Shown here: positions 31,965 to 43,554 of the stretch, piece after piece
How positions within the stretch are numbered: the first letter of the stretch is position 1
Layout: every line of letters begins with the position of its first letter
Source of the DNA: a plasmid
Direction: 5' to 3' (one strand)
DNA: 64,000 nucleotides
Sequence record: NZ_AP023324.1
Program-made: the position numbers and the translations under genes
The notes under the pieces: model-generated
What the model saw: only the letters and a program-made list of their open reading frames with translations
Told to the model about the DNA's origin: nothing
Databases searched by the model: none

Positions 31965-33154
31965 TCAGGTCGTAGCAATCGCATACCGAGGAAGTTCACT
32001 TTGATTATTAACAATAACTTCAGCGCGGGCAACTTCATATGCAAAATTACGCAGAAAATGACCTCGAGCAAAACGCTGTGCATTAGTGATCGCAGCCTCT
32101 GGGTCAAAGCTTGGGAGCCAAGTATCAAAGCGATTTAGTGCGTCGATCAGCGATTCTGCGGTCTGTTCATAAAAGTGAATGCCTGTCACGCCATCGATCA
32201 CTGTTTCCGTGCCGCCTCCGCGGCCGAAGACGACGACCGGACGACCAGCTGCCTGAGACTCGACCGGAATGATGCCGAAGTCTTCTTCGGCAGTGAAAAT
32301 CAGTGCGGAGGCTCGAGCATAGGCAGCCCGTAGGTCGTCGAAGCGCATCCGCGTGGTAAAGCGCACGTTTGGACCAGCTCGTGCCTTCAGCATTTTTAAC
32401 ATTGGGCCATCGCCGATGACGTGCAGTTTGCGGCCGGTTCAGTGAAGGCATCAACTGCTATATCAGGGCGCTTATAGGGAACGAGTTGGCTGATCCAGAC
32501 GCACTCGTCGCTGACATCGTCCGTTCGTTGGAACAGGTCGACATCGACTGGCGGATAGACGACGCTGGCATCACGCCCCCAGAATTTGCCGATGCGACGC
32601 CGGACAAACTGGCTATTGGCAATGATGAGGTCGGGTCGTGAGGCGCTTGAGCGGTCCCAGGCACGCATACGCGGCGCAATCAATTTCAAGTACAGCCCGG
32701 CCAGACGCCCGCTGGCAGCTCGATAGGCATGATACTGATCCCACAGATACCGCATAGGCGAATGGCAATAAGTGACGTGAATCGCGTCGGGTCGGGTGAT
32801 CACGCCTTTAGCCGGGCCAGCCTCACAGCTAATGACCAAGTCGTAGGCGCTGAGGTCGAGCGCCTCAAGCGCACCAGGCATTAGTGGGAGGTATTTCTGA
32901 TATTGTCTCCGGGCGAAGGGTAGCTTGGCAATCGCTGTCGTAAAGATACGGTGTCGCTTAATAGTCTGCGACAAGGCGGAATGATCGACAACATGGGTGA
33001 AAATGTCGGCATCCGGGTACAAGTCACAGATTCGCTCCAGTACGCGTTCACCACCGCGCATTACCACCAGCCAGTAATGGATGATGGCGACCTTGCGAGG
33101 CCTGACTGGAGCAGGAGCAGGGACGTCAGGCATCGGGGGCAGGGCGGAGGTCAT
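31965..33154 (-). CDS. GT4-family glycosyltransferase (frame break near 32400); the 3' region is AT-rich
   Basis: C-terminal text ...FTAEEDFGIIPVESQAAGRPVVVFGRGGGTETVIDGVTGIHF (the E-x7-E region). The N-terminal half reads VAIIHYWLVVMRGGERVLE. Confidence 0.7.
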
Positions 33155-33223
33155 TTATGGATATCCTGTCGAAATGAAAGCGGTAGCGGCGTCAGGAAAA
33201 GGGCGAGCTACGATCTGATAGTA

Positions 33224-34236
33224 TTACAGGCGGGGCGGCGTTTCCTGCTGGTCTAGCAGGGTCGCCTGCGCCACCCATCGCCGTCCACCTTGCCCAAGCG
33301 CGAGGCCGAAGGCCGGCAACAGGCCGAGCTGTTTCATGACGAGATAGGCTATAACCGGCGCGCCCATGCCGATCGCCGTGCACAGGACGAGATACAGCCA
33401 ACTGATGGGCGGCACGTGCAAGATTTTCATCAAAATGATTCGCGCACCAGCGCCGGCAAGAATATGCATGACGTAGATTGCCATCGACATGGTACCGATC
33501 GCCACCAGCGCGGCCACATGTTCCAGCCGCTGCGAAATCCATAGCATCACCACGATCCCACCGATAGCGGCAGGCAGCATGAGTACGGAGTTGTAGTTGC
33601 TGAAGCCATGATGATGGGCGACGGCGATGGCGGCGGCGCCCAGCAGCGTTAAGCCCGCCGCAACCCCGCCACCTATGCGTAGCAGGTCACGCAGCTTCGG
33701 ACGACCCATCGCCATTCCCGCAACGAAGAAGATCGGAAAATGTAGTAATTGATGGCCAAAATTGTCTTTCGGTAGCCATTCTCCGATCAGGAAGGCAGCC
33801 AAGGCGGGACGAAGAATAGCGGCAGTGGCAGGACGCTGGCCAGCATCATGAACAGGAATAGCGCATATAAGAACCAGAAAGGTGAAATAGGTGCCCAGGC
33901 GATGTAAAGCATTTGACGGGGGTCAAAGGCATTGTTGGTGACATGGCTGAGTACGGTCATGATGGTGCCCGACAATAGAGACCAGAGCACATAGGGATAC
34001 AGCACGGAGGCGATTTTGCTGCGTCGAAAATAGGTCATCCCTTTGCCAAGGCTGTTTGGCACGTTGAGACCGGCCAAAAACATGAACAGTGGCATATGGA
34101 ATGTGTACAGCGCGAAATCGAATAACTGCCAGCGGACATCCCGAAGCGTCCCCGCCGACACCAACCCACGCTCCATGTGGCCGAGCACGACCAGGAATAT
34201 TCCTATACCCTTCGAGGCATCCTGGGGGCACCTCAA
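33224..34236 (-). CDS. Acyltransferase-3 family membrane O-acyltransferase. Its first approximately 30 codons lie at 42058-about 42150 on the far side of the transposon.
   Basis: ...DASKGIGIFLVVLGHM...FHMPLFMFLAGL... is followed by multiple TM helices. The reading frame continues across the Tn boundary: RC of 42058-42150 gives ...LTNQPPSPQRWPTTSPQVYETATNKLSRSARYIWQ|DASKG. Confidence 0.7.
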
Positions 34237-34266
34237 GGTTTGTCATATGGACAGCGGCAGTCGGAA
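34224..34266. repeat. Tn3-family left terminal inverted repeat
   Basis: See the transposon entry; it starts with the GGGG typical of the family. Confidence 0.8.
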
Positions 34267-34370
34267 CAAATGGTCAACAAAAGCCTGAGCGTTGCCGCAA
34301 AGTATATTAAGTTTCGTGGGTTTGTGAGGTTGGACGAGTTGGAAGTTACCGGATCACCTCTCGTGATGTT

Positions 34371-35194
34371 TCACCCGCGGAGCTCGTAGTAGACGATCTG
34401 CCATCCATTCTTGGGACCGCGCCACTGGGTGATCTGAAAGCTATGGGCTTGTGCAGACCCGTCGAGGACGCGGCTACTCCACCGTAGCGTTTCATCGTAA
34501 CTGCTTCCGGACGATAACGCACCCGCTATGCGCCGAATGGGCAGCTTGGCGGGGAGCCTGCGGATGCGTCGGCCATCGTTGCCGACAAAGATAACGTCTT
34601 CGGCCACGCTTCGTCTTGGAACAGCCAACCAGTCGACCTGTTTGCCGGCCTGCTCCTGTCGCAAAACAGACGCGATCTCTTTCGCATCGCTAACGGCTTG
34701 GATTTGGAGCTGTTCATTGGTGAGTTTTGCCGAGCACTCAGGTTCGATCGCTTGTAAACTTTCTGCCGCTAATGCCTTCGATCCATCCCGACGATAGTCG
34801 TCGATTTCCAGCGCCACCCCTCAGCACTGTTCCGCCAAAGCGTCTTATATGATCCAACTCGATTTCCGCCATCGTACAGCCCGCCGATAACAACTGCCGA
34901 CCCGCTCGGATCACAGGACGGAAAGACAAGTTCGGGTCTGCGCTCGGCATGGCTCTCGACACTCATCATTGTGAGCCACCACCTTCGGCTACTCTCGGCT
35001 GCTTGCAACATGCTGGCCACAGATGGAGAGCGCGCGGTTTCGGGCGCATGTTGTATTGGCCAGGGGTCGCTTTGTGGACCGAAACTGCGTGCCGCTGCCT
35101 GACGGCCACTGGCAAGTACAGCTTCCGAGTAGGCCCGCTCCGCCTCCAGCGCGGAATTCGGCGAACTTGCCGCTAGTAGAAGCGCGAAGATCAT
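34371..35194 (-). CDS. Secreted hypothetical protein with two NTF2-like/DUF4440-like halves (one frame break near 34800); transposon cargo
   Basis: Signal peptide MIFALLLAASSPNSA. Each half ends in a DUF4440-like text: ...VGSYKTLWRNSAEGWRWKS and ...SFQITQWRGPKNGWQIVYYEL. Confidence 0.4.
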
Positions 35195-35214
35195 GGCGAA
35201 ATCCTACTCCTCAA

Positions 35215-35818
35215 TCAACGTGTCGAGCGATGTACGGGCATCTGCGCCGGATGGTTGAGCGCCCGATAGAGCGTGGCATGATGACACTTCAGCAGCTTCG
35301 CCGCTTCGCGCACCGATGTGCCTTCGCCGACGAGACGCTGTCCGAGCGCGATCTGGTCCGGAGTGAGCTTGGGCTTACGCCCGAACTTCACGCCGCGCGC
35401 CATGGCTGCCGCGCGGCCGGAACTGGTACGCTGGTGGATCAGCTCGCGCTCGAACTCCGCGATGCCGGCGAACACGGTGAGCACCATGCGTCCCGCAGGC
35501 GTGGTCGTGTCGGCCCGGGCTCGGCGAGCGAGCGCAGCCCGCTCCCGCCTCGTTCAGCTTCTCGGCGATGTCGAGCAGGTCGCGCGTCGACCGCGCTAGG
35601 CGATCGAGCCGGGTGACCACAACCACGTCGTCGTCGCGCAGCTGCTCCAGCATCCGGTCGAGTTCCGGTCGGGCGCGCTTGGCGCCGGACACCTTCTCCT
35701 CGAATGTCCGCCGGCATCCGGCCGCCTTCAGTGCCGTCTTTTGAAGCGTGAGATCCTGATCGTCGGTAGATACGCGCGCATAGCCGAGGAGCATGTCGCA
35801 GATGTGCATTGGAACACG
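35215..35818 (-). CDS. Serine recombinase (resolvase/invertase family); frame break near 35480
   Basis: MLLGYARVSTDDQDLTLQKTALKAAGC...VVVVTRLDRLARSTRDLLDI...VLTVFAGIAEFERELIHQRTSSGRAAAMARGVKFGRKPKLT...C-terminal HTH. Confidence 0.8.
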
Positions 35819-35929
35819 GCTGATTAGCAACAGACATTTGCGACAGCGTCCGCCCTCGTGGCGTGACCGGTTGTAAACGCTCGCGCTAAGTGGCGGCATT
35901 CTGATCGCGCTATTTGTCGGCGAGCGTCG

Positions 35930-36506
35930 CTACGCGGCTACCGGCTTGGTCTCGGCCGATCGCACATAGGCGTAGAGTGTTGGCTTGGAGATGCCGAGCA
36001 TCGAGCAAATCTTGGCGATCGGCATCGTGTTCTCGTGGTAGAGCCTGACGGCGGTCGCGCTTGTCCTTGCCGAGTGCGGCCGGCCGGCCACCCTTCTTGC
36101 CGCGAGCGCGGGCTGCGGTGAGACCGGCACGGGTCCGCTCGCGGATCAGGTTGCGCTCGAACTCCGCCAATGCCCCGAACAGGTGGAAGGTAAGCTTGCC
36201 CGACGTGGTGGTCGTGTCGATCGCCTCGTGCAGGCTCAGCAGCCCGACCTTTTCCTCGTCGAGGTAGGTCATCCATCCGATCAGATCACGGAGCGAGCGG
36301 CCGAGCCTGTCGAGGCGCCAGACCACCAGTGTGTCGCCGGCGCGAAGCAGCTCCTTCACCTTTTCCAATCCAGGGCGAGCGGCAGTCGCCCCGGAGGCCT
36401 TGTCGGTGATGACCTTCTCGCAGCCGGCAGCCTTCAGCGCATCACGCTGGAGGTCCGGTTCTGCTCGGCGGTCGATACGCGGGCGTAACCGATTTTCATG
36501 CGTAGG
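35930..36506 (-). CDS. Second serine recombinase (resolvase family); 2 frame breaks
   Basis: (M)KIGYARVSTAEQN...LQRDALKAAGCEKVITDKASG...LVVWRLDRLGRSLRDLI...LFGALAEFERNLIRERTRAGL. The C-terminal HTH is recovered as ...AVRLYHENTMPIAKICSMLGISKPTLYAYV. Confidence 0.75.
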
Positions 36507-36611
36507 GCCGGTGGCGCCCGATCGGGCGCGGTTTGGGAAGAAAGTCGTCATCGGCAGGTCTATGTTGCCCTAGTTTTCTTTACCGGGTAGATTTACGTCG
36601 AACAGGCCGGT

Positions 36612-38080
36612 TTGGCAACGCGAGCGGACTCGCATGGCGATGGGCAGGCAAATCTCCGTTTTCCTTACCTGCGACACGGACCGTCGGCGGTGACGCATCC
36701 GGCGCTTGTCCCGCCGCTGGCGATCGAGCGCTACCGCGTCCTTGAACCGCACCTCGCCGATGGCATCCCGCTCGCGGACCTCGCCCGCACCGGCACGCTG
36801 AGCGAGCGGACGTTGCAGCGCTGGCTCGGGCGCTACCGTGCCGAAGGACTTGCCGGTCTCGCGCGTCTGCCGCGCAACGATCGGGGCAGGCTGCACCTGC
36901 CGGAACATCTGGTCGAACTGACCCGCACTCTCGCCACCAAGCGCCCGCGACCCCCGGTCGCCGCCATTCACCGAAAGGTGCAGGAACTCGCCATCGCGCA
37001 TGGACACCGAACCCCCAGCTATGCGGCCGTCGCGCGTGTCGTCAGGGCGATACCGGCAAGCCAGATCGCCGCAGCCTCCGATCCGGCCGTCTACCGCGAC
37101 CAGCACGAGCTAGTGCATCGGCGCGAAGCCGCGACCTCGAACGAGATGTGGCAGGCCGATCATACCGTTCTCGACATTCTCGTGCTCGATGATGCCGGAA
37201 CCCCGGTGCGTCCTTGGCTGACCGTCATCGTTGACGATCACAGCCGAGCCATCGCCGGTTACTTCCTCAGCCTCGATGCCCCCAGTGCCCTCAACACGGC
37301 GCTCGCCTTGCGGCAGGCGATCTGGCGCAAGCCCAATCCCGAATGGATCGTCAGCGGCATTCCCGAACAGCTTTACGTCGACAACGGCTCGGATTTCATC
37401 TCCGAGCATATCGAGCAGGCGTGCATCGCCCTCAAAATCCGCCTCATCCATTCGCTGCCGGGGCGTCCTCGCGGGCGCGGCAAGATCGAGCGGCTGTTCC
37501 GCACCATCAACGACATGTTCCTGCCCGACCTGCCCGGCCACCTGATCGCGGGCAAGCCGCTGTCGGCGCCAGTGCTCACGCTCGACGAGCTGCGCGCCCG
37601 CTTCGAGGCGTTCGTGTGCGGCGTCTATCATCGTCGCCCGCATGGCAGCACCGGCGAACCGCCGATCACGCGCTGGCAGAAGGGCGGGTTCCTGCCCGCA
37701 ATGCCCGACAGCCTTGAACAGCTCGACATGCTGCTCGTGCACGTGCCCAAGCCCCGTAAAGTGCTGCGCGACGGCATCCGTCTGATGGGCAGGCGCTATG
37801 TCGAACCCACGCTCGCGGCCTTCGTCGGCGAGCAGGTCGAGGCGGTCTATGACCCCGCGACCTGACCGAGATCCACGTCTACCACCAGGGGCCGGTTCGT
37901 CTGCCGTGCGCTCAGCTCCGAGCACGCTGGGCACCCGTCGTTGCGCGCGATCCAGCGCGCCCGGCGCGGCGCGAAGGAGCGCGACAAGCAGGTGCCTGCC
38001 CCCACGGAGACCTTCGATGGCGACCAAGAGGATACGGCTTCCCGGCCCACCACCTACCGAGGGCTCCGGCTCTACGCCGC
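36612..38080 (+). CDS. TniA-like DDE transposase (Tn5053/Tn402 TniA or TnsB-type integrase core); the start and C-terminus are uncertain
   Basis: MWQADHTVLDILVLDDAGTPVRPWLTVIVDDHSRAIAGYF...YVDNGSDFISEHIEQA...RPRGRGKIERLFRTIN. It is followed by a TniB-like ATPase. Confidence 0.65.
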
Positions 38081-38893
38081 TGACGATTGAGTTCCTGGTC
38101 GAGCAGCCGTTCACGGCGACCCGCGAACATGCCCGGTTCGTCGAGTTTGCCGAAGCCTGCGCGCACTACCGCTATATCGGCGTGTGTCATGGCCGGCCGG
38201 GCGTCGGAAAGACGCGATCGGCGCGCGAGTTTTCCAGCTTCCCCGACCGGGGAATATGCCGCGCTCCGTCCCATTGCCGCGCTCCTTGGCGAAAAGGTCG
38301 CTCGCTGCCGCGCCGTCTTCTACACCGTGTCGGTCAGCAACACGCCCAAGACGATCGACGCGGTGTTGGGCCTCAACCTCATTAAGCTGGGCTATGCCCG
38401 GCTGACGGTCGCGGGCGGCTCGCAGGACGAAATCACCCATGACGCCGCCCGCATCGCCTGCCCCCTCGTCATCGTCGACGAGGCCGACCGCCTGACCATA
38501 AAGTCGCTCGAACATCTCCGCGACATGGCCGATCGCCACGGCTTCGGGCTGATCCTGATGGGTATGCCGGGCTTGGAGAAGCGCCTCGCCCGCTATGCCC
38601 AGCTCTACTCGCGGATCGGCTTCGTCCACGAGTTCAAACCGCTTACCGAGACCGAAATGCGGCTGCTGCTCGCGACCCACGCCGGCGATTTCGGGATCAG
38701 CTTCGACCCGGCCCAACTCGACGCGATCGAAGCGCAGGCAGCCGTGATCCGCATCACGCGCGGCAACTTCCGGCTCATGGAGCGCCTGTTCGCGCAGATG
38801 CGGCGGATCATGACCCTCAACCGCGTCGAGGAGGTCACCGCTGACATCGTTCAGGCCGCGCGCGATTGCCTCGTCATCGGACCCGGCAACTGA
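38016..38893 (+). CDS. TniB-like AAA+ ATPase (transposition helper); frame break near 38240
   Basis: Walker A ...YRYIGVCHGRPGVGKTRSARE. Walker B region LVIVDEADRLTIKSLEHLRDMADRHGFGLILMGMPGLEKRLARY. Confidence 0.65.
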
Positions 38894-39030
38894 CAAATAG
38901 CGCGATCAGAACGCCGCCATTTAGCGCGAGCGTTTACAACCGGTCAGGGCCGCTGTCACGAAACTTGAGAGTTACGCGACACCTCGCACGTGTCGGCCAT
39001 AAACTATACGCTCCCGGACAGGGGTGATCG

Positions 39031-41989
39031 ATGGCCAGACGCGATCTGTTAACGGGCGACGAACGCCGCGCGTTGTTCGGCGTGCCCCTCGACCATGCCT
39101 CGCTCGCCAAGCATTACACGGTTGCCGATGAGGACCGGCCACTGATCGAAGCGAAGCGCGGCGACGCCAACCGGCTCGGCTTCGCGCTGCACCTCGCCCT
39201 GCTGCGTCATCCCGGCTTCGGCATACGCCACGACGATGTCGTCCCCGATTTTCTGATCCGGCACCCGCGCAACTCGACATCGCGCCCACAGCGTTCGAGG
39301 GCTACGCGCATCGCGCCCAGACCCGGCTCGAACACGCACGGGAGGCGATGGAGCGTTTGCGCCTGCGCGCGTTCGAGGCGGCCGACGTCCCCGGCGCGCT
39401 CGGCGCAGCCACCCGCGCGGCGGAAGCGACCGAACGGGGCAAGCCGATCGCCGCGGCAGTGCTGGGCCATTTGCGTGCTGCCCGGATCGTTCTGCCCGCG
39501 CCCGCCCGTATCGAGCGGATCGGGGTGGCGGGGCGCGCCATGGCGCGCCGCCTCGCGGCCGACACGCTGGTCGATGCGCTTGCTCCGGAGCAGGTGACGG
39601 GGCTGGATGCGTTGCTGATCGTGGACCAGGATCGCAGCACGACGCCGCTCGCGTGGCTGCGCGACACGTCGGACAGCCCGACCGCGCGCAATCTCGCCGG
39701 CATTCTCGCCCGGCTCGCGCACGTGCGCCGGCTCGGGCTCGACCCGGGCATGGCCGGCCGCATCCACGAGCACCGCTTCGAGCAGCTCGTGCGCGAAGGC
39801 CACGTCGCGCCCGCGTTCCTCCTGTCCGACTACTCGCTCCGCAGAAGGCGCGCGACACTCGCCGCAGCCGTCATCGACACGGAAGCGCGGCTCGCGGACG
39901 CCGCGATCGAGATGTTCGGCAAGCAGACCGGCCTCCTGTTCGCCAGGGCGGGGCCGCGCAGAAGCGCGGCATCGAGGCGACCACACGCGACGTGAACCGG
40001 CTCATGCGGCTGCTGGGCGCCACGGTCGGCGCACTCCGGGTCGCGCGCGAGGACGGGTTGGACGTCTGGGCGGCGCTCGACGACGGGGTGGGCTGGACGA
40101 GGCTTCTGGACGCCGAGAGCGAGGCGACCGCGATCGCCGACCTGACTCGCGACGAGCCGCTGATCCGCGCGGCGGGGCGCTACATGACGATGCGGCGCTA
40201 CGCGCCCGCGTTTTTTGACGCGTTCCGGTTCAAGGCGGCAGGCTCGCGCGACGGCGTGCTCGGCGCGATCAAGGTCGTGCGCGCGCTGAACGCGACCGGG
40301 CGGCGAGACGTACCGGCCGATGCGCCCATGCCGTTTTCCAGAAAATGGAAGGCGGCGATCACCGAGGGCGGCGTCATCGACCGCCGTCGCTACGAAACCG
40401 CCACGGTCGCGACCGTGCGCGAGCGGCTCCAATCGGGCGACCTGTGGGTGGAGGGTACGCGCGAACACCTGCGCTTCGACAGCTATATGCTCCCGCCCGG
40501 CAAAGCGGCCGAGATCGCGCTCACGCTGCCGTTCGACACCGACGTCGGCCGCTACTTGGAGGGGCGCGCCAGGCTGCTCGACTGGCGGTTGCGCCGGTTC
40601 GCAGGCTCGCTGAAGCGCGGCACGCTCGACGGCGTGGAGCTGCGGGGCGGTAACCTCAGGGTCAGCCCGCTCGCGGCCGTAACGCCCGCTGCGGCCGACA
40701 GGCTGGACGCGGCCGTCGACCGGCTCATGCCCCGCGTGCGCATCACCGAGCTGCTCGCCGAGGTGGAAGCCCGCACCGGGTTCCTGTGCGCATTTCCGGA
40801 ACTGCGCTCGGGCCGCGCCCACTCCAACCCGCAGGCCGTGCTCGCCGCGATCGGCAGACGCGACGAACCTCGGCATCGAGCGCATGGCCAACGCCAGCCG
40901 GGCGTCACCTACGCCCAGCTCGCCTGGACGCATGGCTGGTACGTATCGGAAGAGAATTACGCGGCAGGGCTGCGCCATCTGGTGGACGCGCAAGCCGCGC
41001 TGCCGCTCACGCGCGTGTGGGGCGACGGCACCGCGTCGAGCTCGGACGGGCAGTTCTTCCGCTCGGGCAGGCGGGGCGCGGCCGGCAGCACCAACGCGCG
41101 CTACGACCGGGAGCCGGGGCAGAAGATCTACGCCCATGTCGCCGATACCTACGCGCCCTACCATGTCCGGCTGATCTCGGCGACCGCGGCGGAGGCGCCC
41201 TATGTGCTGGACGGGCTGGTCGCGCACGGCTGCGGCATCGAACCCGCGACCCACTATGCCGATACGGGCGGCGCGTCCGACCACGTGTTCGCGCTCGCGC
41301 ACCTACTCGGCTTCCGGTTCGTGCCCCGCCTGCGCGATCTAGCCGATCGCCGGCTCGGCCTGTTCCCGGGCACGGCCCGCCCCGAGGCGCTCGCGAAGCT
41401 GATCGGGCGCCCGTTCAACATCGCTGCCATCCGCGAAAGCTGGGACGAGATCGTCCGGCTCGCCGCGTCCGTGAAGGCCGGCGTGGTGCTACCGTCGGTC
41501 ATGCTGAAGAAGCTGGCCGCGTACCGTCGCCAGAACCGGCTCGACTTCGCGCTCCAGGAGCTGGGCCGGATCGAGCGCACCCTGTTCACGCTCGACTGGC
41601 TAGAATCCAGGGCGCTCCGCCAGCAGTGTCAGGCTGGGCTCAACAAGGGCGAGGCGCGTCACACGCTCGCCCAAGCCGTGTTCGTCCACAAACAGGGCCG
41701 CCTGCGCGATCCGCAGTTCGAGAACCAGGCGCTGAAAGCGTCCGGGCTGACGCTGGTCACCGCCGCGATCGTGTACTGGAACACGCTTTACATGGGCCGC
41801 GCCGTCGAGCATCTGCGCGCCAGCGGCGAGCCCGCGCCCGACGAGCTGCTCGCCCATGTAGCCCCGCTAGGCTGGCGACACATCAGCCTGACCGGCGATT
41901 ACCTCTGGCAAAACGCCGCTGCCGAGCTCGATCAAGACGGCTACCGCGCACTCAACATCGCCGGCGGACCCGGAGCCAAGGTGGCCTGA
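39031..41989 (+). CDS. tnpA: Tn3-family transposase TnpA (about 985 aa); 2 frame breaks (about 39290 and about 39960)
   Basis: N-terminal DUF4158-like MARRDLLTGDERRALFGVPLDHASLAKHYTVADEDRPLIEAKRGDANRLGFALHLALLRHPG. The long C-terminal DDE region reads ...TGGASDHVFALAHLLGFRFVPRLRDL...LVTAAIVYWNTLYMGRAV. Confidence 0.85.
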
Positions 41990-42009
41990 GCCGCCCTGTT
42001 CGCTACCTG

Positions 42010-42052
42010 TTCAGCTTACCGCTGTCCGTGTCACAAACCTTGAGGTGCTCCC
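42010..42052. repeat. Tn3-family right terminal inverted repeat
   Basis: Reverse complement matches IRL at about 36 of 43 positions. Confidence 0.8.
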
Positions 42053-42274
42053 ATCCTGCCATATGTAGCGGGCCGACGATCGGCTGAGTTTGTTGGTTGC
42101 TGTTTCGTATACCTGCGGTGAGGTTGTTGGCCACCTCTGCGGCGAGGGGGCTGGTTCGTCAATCATCTAGAAATCTTTCTGACATTCGCACGATGCTAGC
42201 CCGGCTTTGATGCGGGGGATAGACGAAGGCCAGTCTGCCCGCCCATTCCTGATGATAGCGTGTCACCCGCAGGC

Positions 42275-43400
42275 TTAGCGACGATCCCCGGTATTTTCCA
42301 ATGGGCTTTGGGGAAGATGGGATGTACTGCAGGCAATAGCCTCAATCGCGTCGGCTAACGTATCAGCCGATGTTATCCAACTGAACCGGGTCAGTTGAGC
42401 ATGTCCCACAGCGATCCGCTGCGCGCGCCATGCCTCGTCCTCCGCCGCACGCTGCATCCATCGTGCCAGCGCTCGATCGTCATGCGGATCAAAATATTCG
42501 GCTGCATCGCCACAGGTTTCCCTGGACGGCCTGCGCCGTACTAGCCAGTACCGGGCAATCGTTCGCCATTGCCTCCAAGGGAGGAATACCAAATCCTTCG
42601 TACAGGCTAGGAAAGATGAGCGCGCGGGCCGAACGCATCAACCCGGCAACTTCGGCATCGTCCAGTCTGCCCGGCAGAATGAGTCCTGGCCCCTTGGGTG
42701 GAAGATGGCCGTGTCCGAACACCGACCCGTCTAACCGTCCGACCGCGACGAGCCGGATGGGTGAGGGCTGCAACCGCGCCAGGGCGCGAATGGCGACGGC
42801 TAGATTTTTGTTAGGGGCAATATTGCCAAGGATCAGGAAATAGGGGGTGTTTTCCAAATGAAGACGATCGACGATCTTCATATCAGGTGTGATGGAAAGG
42901 TGTTCCGCGCCGTTCTTGGCAACTATGATCTGTTGACTAGGCACGCGGAGCACTTCGGCCAGCTCGCGCTGTGAAAATTGCGATACCGTCGCCAAGTGCG
43001 CGCGCCGGGCCAGCAGACGATCGATCGTATTATGCACCCAAGCATAGGTCTTTCCGAAATTCTCCGGGTGCCGCTGTACCGCAGCGTCGTGTATCACCAC
43101 AAGCTGGCGGCGCAACGTAACCGGCCCGGTCGCACCCAAGCACAAAGCGGCCCCCCTGCGCGCTGCCCAAGCAAATTCCAGCTGATCCCAGACATGCCCG
43201 CCGCGTCTCCCGACGACCCGTTGTTCGATATGCCGCAATCCGGCATCGCGCGCACCGTGCGGGGTAAGTATGACGTAAGGGTTGGCCGCCCGGCCTGCGC
43301 CTACGCGCTGGTCGAGGCGCGGACGATCTCGTTGGCATAGCGTTGCACGCCGCTCAACGTCTGGGTCAGGAAACGGCCGTTAATATAGATGGTGCGCCCG
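42275..43400 (-). CDS. GT4-family glycosyltransferase (frame break near 42540; N-terminus uncertain)
   Basis: ...FILGNIAPNKNLAVAIRA...IFPSLYEGFGIPPLEAMANDCPVLAS... Confidence 0.6.
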
Positions 43401-43554
43401 GTCGTCATCCCGTCCCCTGTGCATTGAAAGCTGGCGATATACCCGTCCGCATACCTTGGCGATGCCGCTCACCGCCGCATAGTCCGGTGGTGCGGCGGGT
43501 CAACCCATCAGGATTCCGTGCGCACCCGTAGCAGGGCCACGCACGCGGACGTAA

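Larger units (their letters stand above)
34224..42052. mobile_element. Tn3-family transposon (7829 bp) with about 43-bp imperfect terminal IRs and a perfect 5-bp target-site duplication, ATCCT
   Basis: IRL is GGGGGCACCTCAAGGTTTGTCATATGGACAGCGGCAGTCGGAAC (34224-). IRR (reverse complement of 42010-42052) is GGGAGCACCTCAAGGTTTGTGACACGGACAGCGGTAAGCTGAAC. The flanks are ATCCT at 34219-34223 and at 42053-42057. It contains a Tn3-type TnpA. Confidence 0.85.

Noticed and set aside
37110-38114. 334-aa minus-strand ORF
   Set aside because: It is antisense to the TniA-like transposase.
39830-42087. 490-aa minus-strand ORF and 433-aa plus-strand alternative-frame ORF
   Set aside because: Both lie inside the Tn3-family tnpA (antisense or +1 frame) and are Arg/Pro/Ala-rich shadow ORFs.
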